DNA of 50,154 bases, taken from IMG/VR virus record IMGVR_UViG_3300037041_001770, positions 1 through 50,154 of that record, one strand, 5' to 3'. Shown piece by piece: positions 1-8,800 of this stretch (position 1 is its first letter; every line of letters begins with the position of its first letter). This DNA comes from a virus. Its lineage: Duplodnaviria; Caudoviricetes. Made by a program: the position numbers and the translations under genes. The notes below the pieces were generated by a model, which did no database searches, was not told the DNA's origin, and worked only from the letters and a program-made list of their open reading frames with translations.

Positions 1-127
1 ATGATAGAACACAGTTTGCGGGAACAGTACCGTTTGATAACTCAGTAAATTTGTTTTCAGCCGATAATGTTCAGGCAGCAATTGAAGAAGTAAAACAGGC
101 TAATGAAAACATAGCAAGGTTTCTCAC
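1..127. repeat. Terminal direct repeat, left copy (circular assembly overlap)
   Basis: Identical to 50028..50154; 127 is a common assembler k-mer size; an ORF reads through the join. Confidence 0.97.
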
Positions 128-446
128 GATAGCTGGTTTCGATGGTACGGCTTCAACAGGCCGATGGCTTGAAATGACTAAAAGCGTACCGAGTAACACA
201 ACTCCTTTTGTCTTTCCAAAAAATGCTTATCTAACCGAGTTTAGTTATGCTTGCGCGGCTTCAACTACTGTTACATTTGGCGTCTATATCGATGCTATAA
301 AAGTTTTAAATTTAGTTATGACAGCTTCTCAAACTGGCGCTACTGTTCAGCAGGTTACAGTTAACTCACTTGATCAAATGAGCTGGAAAGTTGAAAGCGG
401 CTCTTGTTCCAGGCCAATAGTTGCAACATTTGCGAGGTTTCGATAA
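1..446 (+). CDS. 3' part of the junction-spanning gene 49955..446; putative head-associated beta-sandwich protein with signal peptide
   Basis: The 51..446 frame continues upstream through the terminal repeat to ATG 49955 (MKLIKSLIVGLFLVASNANA-ALYLYDRTQFAG...). Confidence 0.8.
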   Translation, partial: DRTQFAGTVPFDNSVNLFSADNVQAAIEEVKQANENIARFLTIAGFDGTASTGRWLEMTKSVPSNTTPFVFPKNAYLTEFSYACAASTTVTFGVYIDAIKVLNLVMTASQTGATVQQVTVNSLDQMSWKVESGSCSRPIVATFARFR

Positions 447-1234
447 TGATTTTAATTAAAAATAAGACAGCAGAACTTAAAACATGGTGCGGCCAAGAGA
501 TTGCTGCAAATGATACTCATACTATAAGCCAAGAAGAGAGAAACACTTGGGGGTATGACGCTATTTTTCTCGGTGCGGTAATAAATGGCGAGGCTTCTAT
601 AATCTCAGATGGTATTGAAATAACTGATTTGATAGAGGTTGAGATTGTACTACGAAACGAGAACAAGAGAGACGAAGAAGGAAACCCGATTTATCGAAAT
701 ATCATTGCAGAGGCTAACATGCTTTTTCAGCCTCGTTGTATTGATTTTTCAACGGCAACATATAAATCAATATGCAATAAGTCAAGTGATTTGGTTGATA
801 TTGGCGACGCTGAACTTTTATTTTTTGATGAAGAAAAAAATCAAATACTAAAGGGCGAAACTGAAACCGATGAAGAGTATCAGGCGCGGCTAAATTTGGA
901 ATGTGAACATACCTATATGTATTTTACACCAAGTTATAAATACGCGATTAAAAGCGGTGAAATTAGATATAGGGGAACTTTAGGGGAAGAGTCAGATGTT
1001 TGGATTGAGGTAGCGCCGCATATTCCAAAAGAGTATGGCGGCTCGGTTCCCTTTATTAACGGCGGCCTTCCTTTAGATTTTTATGAAGAGAAGAAATCGA
1101 TTTTGATTGACGGCGGTACTTGTACGGTAATTGATGTAGATACGACTTACTACACCCATAGACTTGGCGTAAAAATTGAGCACGGCATAGGTATCAAAAT
1201 TGGATTTTTAGCAATCTTTAACATATATAGGTAA
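446..1234 (+). CDS. Hypothetical protein in the head module
   Basis: TAATG coupling at 444-448 with GAGG upstream, so the likely start is 446 rather than 404. Confidence 0.7.
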   Translation: MILIKNKTAELKTWCGQEIAANDTHTISQEERNTWGYDAIFLGAVINGEASIISDGIEITDLIEVEIVLRNENKRDEEGNPIYRNIIAEANMLFQPRCIDFSTATYKSICNKSSDLVDIGDAELLFFDEEKNQILKGETETDEEYQARLNLECEHTYMYFTPSYKYAIKSGEIRYRGTLGEESDVWIEVAPHIPKEYGGSVPFINGGLPLDFYEEKKSILIDGGTCTVIDVDTTYYTHRLGVKIEHGIGIKIGFLAIFNIYR

Positions 1235-1236
1235 GC

Positions 1237-1785
1237 ATGATAAAGCGGGTTAAAGGTAATCTTATAGGAAGATATCAAGCTATTTTCTGTCAGCATTGCG
1301 GGGTACTTCTTCCCTATGAATATATTAAGAATAATGATGCCTATTTTCTTATGGAAGGAAATAACGTCATAGGTGGATTTATCATTGCTTCGGAAAAGTA
1401 TAGTCGCTGTGAAGCTCAAATACCCGATCATATGGCAATGAGTAGATACAAGCTTAATGTTTACAGACCATTTTCAGAACTAAATGGCTATTTCATTTTG
1501 GTCAAGTCAAAGGGATGGATTCTTGTATCGTTCTGGTTTATACTTATCTTACTTTCTCGATCCAAATACTTCATCTATGCCTACGAAAATACGAATATTT
1601 CATTAAAAAAATATTACGCGGTCGCAAATCCAATAGTCATTTATGACGGGTTAGTAAACAATTTGGAGGGCATGACAGGCGAACATCGCGAGAGAATCGA
1701 ATTGATTTCAAAATGGGGTTTTCTTAAGTTATACTCCAACAGATTAATTAAACGAATGAGGATAAAATTATGGAACTTATACTGA
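1237..1785 (+). CDS. Hypothetical protein, possibly GNAT/acyltransferase-like
   Basis: 182-aa ORF tightly packed in the operon; AYFLMEGNNVIGGFII and ELNGYFI resemble GNAT strands (weak). Confidence 0.5.
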   Translation: MIKRVKGNLIGRYQAIFCQHCGVLLPYEYIKNNDAYFLMEGNNVIGGFIIASEKYSRCEAQIPDHMAMSRYKLNVYRPFSELNGYFILVKSKGWILVSFWFILILLSRSKYFIYAYENTNISLKKYYAVANPIVIYDGLVNNLEGMTGEHRERIELISKWGFLKLYSNRLIKRMRIKLWNLY

Positions 1786-2003
1786 AGGTAAAAGGCGCTC
1801 AAGATGATCGTGACCCGCTTCTTGTTATGCTCGAAGATCAAGAAAAAGGTACTAAAGAAGTAAGAAAGATTGCATTAGGTGAAACCATCACGGTTTCTGA
1901 TGATGTTGGTTACAATCTTCTTGCAAAATATAAAGGCATGTTTGTACAAAAAGCAGCGCCACAAGAAGGTTATGCAACAAAGGTAGTCAAAGCTAAGGAA
2001 TAA
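1770..2003 (+). CDS. Small hypothetical protein preceding the head-tail connector
   Basis: GAGGA RBS; typical position; Lys/Ala-rich tail. Confidence 0.7.
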   Translation: MELILKVKGAQDDRDPLLVMLEDQEKGTKEVRKIALGETITVSDDVGYNLLAKYKGMFVQKAAPQEGYATKVVKAKE

Positions 2004-2007
2004 TCAA

Positions 2008-2610
2008 ATGGCTCTCAATGCGAACGCTCTTACAACTTTAGTCATGGCGAAGGCGTATTTAAAAATCCCAACAGTTGAAACCTCGATGGATTCAATGATT
2101 GAGCTTTTTATCAATGCATCTAGCCAGATGTTAGAGTCAGAGATAGACAGAAAAATTAAGGCTCAAAGTTTTACTGAAGTCCATCATGGTCGCAGCTCAA
2201 ATATAATCATGATGAATGAATGGCCGGTTAACTCTGTAACTGAGCTTCGCATTGGGAATGATTTCACAGATCCCTTGACGATTATAGACCCTTCTGACTA
2301 TTCAATCGGCGATGAATCAAACTGTGTTATTTTAAAAAATAGGCGGTTTTCACGCGGCTATAATAATGTTCAGATTATCTATAACGGCGGCTACTCTGCG
2401 ATTCCTTCAGATATTGAGCACGCTTGTCTTTGGATGGTTTTTTACTATCGCATGATGAGAGAGTCCGGTGATATTGGAAGAACTTCAAAAGGCAAGGGTG
2501 ATGAGTCAATTAGCATTTTGCAGGAAGCCCCGCTTGATGTTAAAAATACGATTAATCGCTATCGGCGAATGGAAATACCCAATAGCGGCCTACCGATGAG
2601 TAACATATAA
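2008..2610 (+). CDS. Head-tail connector/adaptor (HK97 gp6/SPP1 gp15-like)
   Basis: LTTLVMAKAYLKI N-terminus, IIYNGGYSAIPSDIEHACL, INRYRR motifs; position. Confidence 0.85.
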   Translation: MALNANALTTLVMAKAYLKIPTVETSMDSMIELFINASSQMLESEIDRKIKAQSFTEVHHGRSSNIIMMNEWPVNSVTELRIGNDFTDPLTIIDPSDYSIGDESNCVILKNRRFSRGYNNVQIIYNGGYSAIPSDIEHACLWMVFYYRMMRESGDIGRTSKGKGDESISILQEAPLDVKNTINRYRRMEIPNSGLPMSNI

Positions 2611-3072
2611 ATGCCTACCCCAAGCTTCATCATTGGGCGCATGAATATCCTGGCTAAAAATCTAGCGCCAGGAAGCCCACAAATCACTGAAACCTTACTG
2701 CGAATAGCTATGATGGTAATTGCTAAGGCAAAGGTTAACGTAAGGCGTCATAGAATGATCGATACAGGTCGCCTTATCAACTCGCTTCGCTGGGAATTTC
2801 ACCGTCAAGGTGATACCGATGGCGTCTATATTGGTTCGTTCGGTGTGCGCTATGCTGCTATGAACGAGTTTGGGGGCGAGGTTTCAGAAAGACAGCGACG
2901 CGCAATGTTCGCGGCCATGGGCCGAAGAAGAGTTAAGCTACCATCCAAAGGGATCATTACCAAGTCAGGTGCTGGATGGAGATGGAAGCCGAGGCCATAC
3001 CTGCGGCCAGCTCTCAAAGAGTCCCAGCAATATATCGTTGAAACAATCAGAGAATACTTGAGGCTAAAATAA
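2611..3072 (+). CDS. Neck/virion morphogenesis protein (HK97 gp10-like)
   Basis: IDTGRLINSL, YAAMNEFG and PRPYLRPAL motifs. Confidence 0.85.
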   Translation: MPTPSFIIGRMNILAKNLAPGSPQITETLLRIAMMVIAKAKVNVRRHRMIDTGRLINSLRWEFHRQGDTDGVYIGSFGVRYAAMNEFGGEVSERQRRAMFAAMGRRRVKLPSKGIITKSGAGWRWKPRPYLRPALKESQQYIVETIREYLRLK

Positions 3073-3509
3073 TGTCATCTATGAGAACCCAGATTGCTCA
3101 AAATATAATCAGCACGATAGTTGCAAGCGGCCTTTATAAATACGCTAGCTACTCAGTTATCAAGATGCTAGCAAGCGATTTCTCAGATTACGAACTTCCT
3201 GCGGTTCAGTTTATTGACCTTGGCGACGATAACATTCACGAAAGAAGTAGAGCCAAAAAGACATGGAATGTTACCCTGGAACTTGTGATAGGACCAAAAA
3301 CAAACTATATTCCCAAGCAAGAAGATCTTTGGGATTTGATCGAGCTAACCGAACAAGCTCTATTTTTTGATCCAAAATTGAACATCCCCGAAGTTATCCA
3401 CATGAAGCTTTTGGGATCAACTACCGACCTTCACACTCTCCAGCCTCTTTATACCGCACGAATTGACATCCAAATAGACTACTACCAGCCCCTTGTCAGA
3501 CCATGCTAA
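3072..3509 (+). CDS. Tail terminator/completion protein
   Basis: MRTQI...ELPAV pattern; immediately upstream of the tail tube gene. Confidence 0.7.
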   Translation: MSSMRTQIAQNIISTIVASGLYKYASYSVIKMLASDFSDYELPAVQFIDLGDDNIHERSRAKKTWNVTLELVIGPKTNYIPKQEDLWDLIELTEQALFFDPKLNIPEVIHMKLLGSTTDLHTLQPLYTARIDIQIDYYQPLVRPC

Positions 3510-3592
3510 GATAGTAAAAAATCCCCAAGCATCTAGGAAGAAGCCCGCAGGACTTTTGATTTGTTTAATAAACAACACAGGAGTTTGTTATC

Positions 3593-4831
3593 ATGGCGAA
3601 AAATTACAAAAGTATTTATGATTCTGGAAATGTGAGTATTGCGCTCGAGCAACGCTTTTTTGCAAAGCGGGAAACCACACGGGGGGAACTCAAAGCCCCA
3701 ATCGGCGCTGATTTCTTTTACCACACGACAGGAACAATCGAGCACACCCAAGCGGTGGAAAGCTCGCCACACAAATCAGGGCGGCACCACAACAACATTA
3801 TCAAAAAGAAAAAAGAGGCATCCTTTTCGTTCAGCACATTTTTTAACATCAACACGCTTTTACCAGCGGCCTCGGTCAACGAGATTGACCCAGCGGTTAG
3901 AATGCTATGGCACAACATGCTCGGTAGTGAAGATGTAACTGCCGGCGCTAAGTTCATGGCGGCGGTTCCTGCTTTTACATTCTCTCTTTTTGAAGTCTCT
4001 GATAAGTGGGCGCGTCAAGCACGCGGCTGTTTTATGCAGGGCGCTAACATGAGCTTTCCAGGCGATGGTGAGGCTACTATCGAGTGGTCCGGTATGTGCA
4101 AAGATGCTCTTTATGTAGGCATGGGAAAATCTACAACCTCTAACGACGGTGGTCAGACTGTAACACTCCAAGCGGGTGAAGGCGCACTATTCAGCAAAGC
4201 AATTGGCGGCCTCGTCATGCTCATTAAGTCTGATGGTATAACCCGCTCGGCTGATACGGTCGATGGTTCACCGCGTAAGATCGTGTCAGTTTTGGGCGAT
4301 GTTGTGACTCTTGACGGTGCGGTTTTAGCTGATGCTGATGGATCGGGCCTTGCTGATGAAATCTACCTTGTTTACTACGAACCTACTACCCCACTCGCAA
4401 TCGATAATCCTCAGACCGGCCTTGTTGGTTCCTTTGCTGTAACTGGCTTTGGATCTTTTTGCGCTCGCTCAATAGGCGTCAATTTGACCAATGATCATGA
4501 AGCGGCTAACTACTGCTATGGGTCTGACTCGCTATCTGCTCCATTTTTTATTGCGGGAAGCCGGTTAACTGCTGAAGTGACTTTTGAAGCTAACTGGGAC
4601 GAAAAAATGCTTGCTCTCTTCAACTCTGTTCAGTCATTCGAAAGTAAGGAGCTGCAAATAGTCTTGGGTGAAGCTGCTGGGCGAAGGCTTCAAATCGATA
4701 TTCCTACCGCTATTTTTCAGGTTCCCTCTGTTGCTATCCCCGATAGCGGCTCGGTTCCTGTTCCATTCACGGGTACGGCATACCAGTCAACATTTGACGC
4801 CGCCGATGAAATCTCGGTACACTATAAGTAG
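3593..4831 (+). CDS. Major tail tube protein with inserted domain
   Basis: Position before chaperone and tape measure; strong RBS (CAGGAG); followed by a terminator; 412 aa is long for a tube protein. Confidence 0.8.
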   Translation: MAKNYKSIYDSGNVSIALEQRFFAKRETTRGELKAPIGADFFYHTTGTIEHTQAVESSPHKSGRHHNNIIKKKKEASFSFSTFFNINTLLPAASVNEIDPAVRMLWHNMLGSEDVTAGAKFMAAVPAFTFSLFEVSDKWARQARGCFMQGANMSFPGDGEATIEWSGMCKDALYVGMGKSTTSNDGGQTVTLQAGEGALFSKAIGGLVMLIKSDGITRSADTVDGSPRKIVSVLGDVVTLDGAVLADADGSGLADEIYLVYYEPTTPLAIDNPQTGLVGSFAVTGFGSFCARSIGVNLTNDHEAANYCYGSDSLSAPFFIAGSRLTAEVTFEANWDEKMLALFNSVQSFESKELQIVLGEAAGRRLQIDIPTAIFQVPSVAIPDSGSVPVPFTGTAYQSTFDAADEISVHYK

Positions 4832-4864
4832 TCAATCCGAGCACTCAAAGATTTTTTACAATTG

Positions 4865-4897
4865 AACTACCCTCAGCTATGGGGGTAGTTTTTTTTT
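4865..4897 (+). terminator. Rho-independent terminator
   Basis: AACTACCCTCA-gcta-TGGGGGTAGTT stem followed by a T run. Confidence 0.85.
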
Positions 4898-4952
4898 AGG
4901 TTTCGTGGCAATCTTTCGTTAGAGTAAATAGATAAAAAATAAGGATTATTTT

Positions 4953-5423
4953 ATGGGTGTTAAACTTAGTCAAATAAGCGATGGATCGATTGAAGTAATT
5001 GCGAGAATTGATGACTCTCTTGAATACAATGAAGATGATTATCAAGAGTATTTAAAAACTCTCGATGAAAGCAAACTAAAATTTGTTGAGGGAAAGAGTC
5101 CAACAAAATTTATTATGAGAAAAGTATTGCCTTACAAACTTGCTCAGAAAGTTCAAAACAAGCAGATGAGACTAGAAAAGGGTGAGGCTCAGTTTTCTTT
5201 AAGCTTCATGGCTGAAGAGGTTCGTTGTTCTTTGACGGGTGTTAAAAATCCTGATTACCTGCCAGATGATGAAAAGATTAAGTTTGAAAAAAGCCGTGAT
5301 GATGATGGAGCTAGCGATGGACTCATTGAGAAGCTTATTGCTTGCGGCATTGCCTCCGATCTTTATGTTGCTCGCCAGACATTCATGCATGGCAATAAGG
5401 GTGCTGATTTAAAAAAAAGTTGA
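4953..5423 (+). CDS. Tail assembly chaperone (gpG-like)
   Basis: Between tube and tape measure; ends in the slippery sequence T TTA AAA AAA AGT TGA. Confidence 0.85.
   Translation: MGVKLSQISDGSIEVIARIDDSLEYNEDDYQEYLKTLDESKLKFVEGKSPTKFIMRKVLPYKLAQKVQNKQMRLEKGEAQFSLSFMAEEVRCSLTGVKNPDYLPDDEKIKFEKSRDDDGASDGLIEKLIACGIASDLYVARQTFMHGNKGADLKKS
5408..5419 (+). other. Programmed -1 frameshift site (G/GT)
   Basis: TTTAAAAAAAAG; a -1 shift joins 4953..5423 to the 5420..5860 frame. Confidence 0.85.
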
Positions 5424-5860
5424 CAGCACTTGCAGAACTAAGCTTGAGCGACATGAGCAAATTGAAATCAGATGGCCGATCATTTGATTGTCAAACGTGC
5501 AAAGAGTCTGTTAGAAAGCTTAGAAGATGCTCAGAAGATAGAGAAGACTTCACCAAAGATGATGGCCCATTCTGGCCAATTCAGCTATTTCAAGGCGGGG
5601 AACTATACGGATTTTGTCCGGCTAAAGCGGCTTGGGATAGCGAACTAATATCAATATTCAAACTCTTAATTTTATCAGCGGAAACAGGTAATATAAATCT
5701 AGTGGCCGGTGCAATTGAAGATCAACCAAGTTGGTGGCTTGACAATGCTTCTTGGTTCATCCCAAAGTATAAGCAGATTCAATTCATAACCCGCGTTAAG
5801 ATGGTAGTAGGTGACGGAAAAGTCACAAGCAATACAAAAACCCCACAAACAAAAAGGTAA
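5420..5860 (+). CDS. Tail assembly chaperone frameshift extension (gpT-like)
   Basis: Lies in the -1 frame relative to gpG; abuts the tape measure gene. Confidence 0.8.
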   Translation: MTALAELSLSDMSKLKSDGRSFDCQTCKESVRKLRRCSEDREDFTKDDGPFWPIQLFQGGELYGFCPAKAAWDSELISIFKLLILSAETGNINLVAGAIEDQPSWWLDNASWFIPKYKQIQFITRVKMVVGDGKVTSNTKTPQTKR

Positions 5861-5866
5861 AATGCT

Positions 5867-8800
5867 ATGGCTGTTACCGAGAATATGTTGGTCGATATAC
5901 AAGTAAAGTCAGGAGATGCAGAAAAACAAGTAATCAAGCTAGGTCAAGAATTAGAGATATTAAATAAAAAAGTTGTTTCAAATAACGAAGCAATCAAAAG
6001 GTCATCGGCTGAATTCGCTCGAAACTCCAGCGCTATAAACATGGCTGTAAACAACTATGATAGAACACAATCTACAATTAAAAATACTGACACTTCAGTT
6101 AAAAAATTAAATCAGTCATTGGCTACTTCATCACAAACTATGGTTCAGTATAATAGTTCGACAGCTATGGCTAACACAACTGTTATGAAGATGAGTTCTA
6201 ATATTAGAAATTTAGAGATGGCGGTAAATTCTCTAACGATGAATGTTCAGTTTCTAATTAGGTCGATTAAATATTTCACAGATCCAAAAGTATTAAAAAA
6301 TATTTCTGATGTTTCTAACGTTCTTGGGGCGCTAGCATATTCAAAAGGAATGGGTGGAACTGCAAACGCTCTAAGAGAAGTGGGAAAATCATTTGATACA
6401 TTATCAACCAAATCACAAAATTTTAGAGATAATGCAGATAATAATTTAAATGATGTAGTTGAAAGGGCTAGGTTACTTAATGAAGTTGTTGAAAAATCAC
6501 CTTCAGCGTTTAAGGTGTTAAGCGGGGCGATTGCTTTAGCTGCTGGTGATATGGTCTATTCATATTCGAAAGCACAGAAAGCCAATAAGGCATTAGATAG
6601 TCAAATACTCACAACAGGTGAAACCAGTAGAAAAACATTTTCAAAATTAGCTACTGATGTTGAAAAACCTGTGAGTGGTTTTTCAAAGATGACAGCAGGT
6701 ATAAGACACAGTGCCTCTGCTGTAGAGGCGTTATCACTTCTTTCTCCAGTTTTAATTATATTAGGAAATAAACTTAAAGAATCAGAAAACGCCTTTATCC
6801 GTTGGGGAGGCGTGATTATGAAAACTATCGGCATAATTAGCGCCGGACTTATGGGCTTTATCGGATTAGCTTTAGGGGCTTTCGCTGCGTTATCAATTTC
6901 AATTGGTAATAATATTTTAGCTTCTACACAAGAGGCTATGGATAAATTTATAAAGTTTGAATCAGTAATGGCGCAATTTAAATTTACGGTTCAAGGATTT
7001 TCAAAAGTCTTTGGTGTTGATGCTGTTGGTTCCATGGAATACTGGAATAAGACAATGCAACAACTATATAAAACTACTGTTTTCACAAGAGAAGAATTAT
7101 CTAAATCAATCAAGCTTCTAATAGCTGAAGGTCAAGTAATTGGGTTAACTGTTGAAGATAATACGAAGCTTCTTGATCGTGCTGCTGATGTTGCTGCGGC
7201 TACTGGCAGGGATCTATACGAAGTAACACAGATGATAATAAATGGTTTAACTAACAATGCTGATGCTGTTTTAGGTCTTGGCATAGATATTAGAAACACC
7301 TCTTTAGCGCACTCTAAATATGTTGAGGAAAGCGGCCTTGCTGTAGAACAAATGAGCGCACAAGAATTAGCAATGGCTAGATTAAATGCTCTTTATGAAA
7401 AGACGGTTCCCTTGGTTGGAGCAGCTGCTAACCAAACAAAAACTATCGCCGGATCAAATATGATATATCAAAAAACATTAACTGATATATCAGTAGCCAT
7501 AGGTCAAACAGGAACAGCAACAGAATTATATTATGCTTCAATAAATAAATTCTTATCAGTTATCAGGGATCTTCCTAAACCTCTTCTTAGCACTTATGGA
7601 AGTTTAAAAGATATTCTAGGGGTCACATTAGTTATCATTGGGCAAATGCTCAAACTTGGTGCTGTAGTTTTTGCATTAACAACCGTATTCAAACTTCTTA
7701 ACTTTGTTCTTAGTTCTACATGGGGAATAACTGTTTCTCTATCTGCTACTCTTCTTTATCTTGGAACTGTTATTCTTCCAATTACGGCTTTTGTTATAGC
7801 TCTCATAGCTTCAATGAAGGATTTGATTGATACCAGCAAAGGATTTGAAGATACATTAAAATCAGTAACCGGATCTTTATTTGTATTTAGTGAAACTGTA
7901 GATGGTGCTGAAAAATCTACATTCTCATTCGCTTCTGGAATAAATAGGCTAATAAATATAGCACTTCTTCCATTTAAAATTGTTTTAATTGCTATAGCTG
8001 ATACGGTTAATATTTTTGGTATAGCGTTTATAAATATAAAAAAGATTTTTACAAGCAATGATAAAACTATATCTGAATATAATAGTAAATTAAATATTCT
8101 TTGGAGTAGGTTAAGAGATCTATCTAATGCTACCGGAAAAGCATTTAAGGCACTTGACTTTTTTTCTGAATCTTCAGCATTAGCGGCTTCTAAAACAAAA
8201 GAATTAATTGATACACAGGAAAAAGGAGCTAACTTAACTCAAAAATATAAAGAGAGAGTTTTAAAGCTTGCTGCTGCGATTAATGAGGGATTTGATAAGG
8301 GAATCGAAAGGCAAAAGTTTTTAGGTAATGAGTTCGATAAATCAATTGCTACATATAAACAGGCGCAAAATGAGCTTAATAATGTATTTAAAACTAAGTC
8401 AACAGATAAAGATGCTGCACAAAAATATGCAGATAATGAAAGGAAAGTTCTACAAGCTTCTTTAGAGATAGATAAGCTACGACTCGATACACTCAAAAAA
8501 ATAAATGAACAAAGAAAGACTTTAGAAACTGAAATTCTTCGCTCTCAAGGAAGAAATATCGAAGCTATAAATAGAGAAAAAATAGAAAACCTAAAAGCAA
8601 TAGATGAGCAAATAGCAGGTCTAAAATTACTTGAAAACTTTAAGCAGGAAGATTTAAAAACTTTAGAAGAAACAAGAAAACTCATAGAAAAATCAAGTGA
8701 TATTAAAGTTGGTGAGGAAAGATCAAAGAGCTTACAAAAAGCTATTGAAGCTGAAAAATTACTAGCAGATTTGAAGAGAGAAAATGCAAGACTTGATAAA

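Noticed and set aside
1-127. Terminal repeat as a biological DTR
   Set aside because: Its length equals a typical assembler k-mer and it falls mid-gene; best explained as circular overlap
5408-5423. Tail chaperone frameshift as a novelty
   Set aside because: Canonical G/GT feature of long-tailed phages
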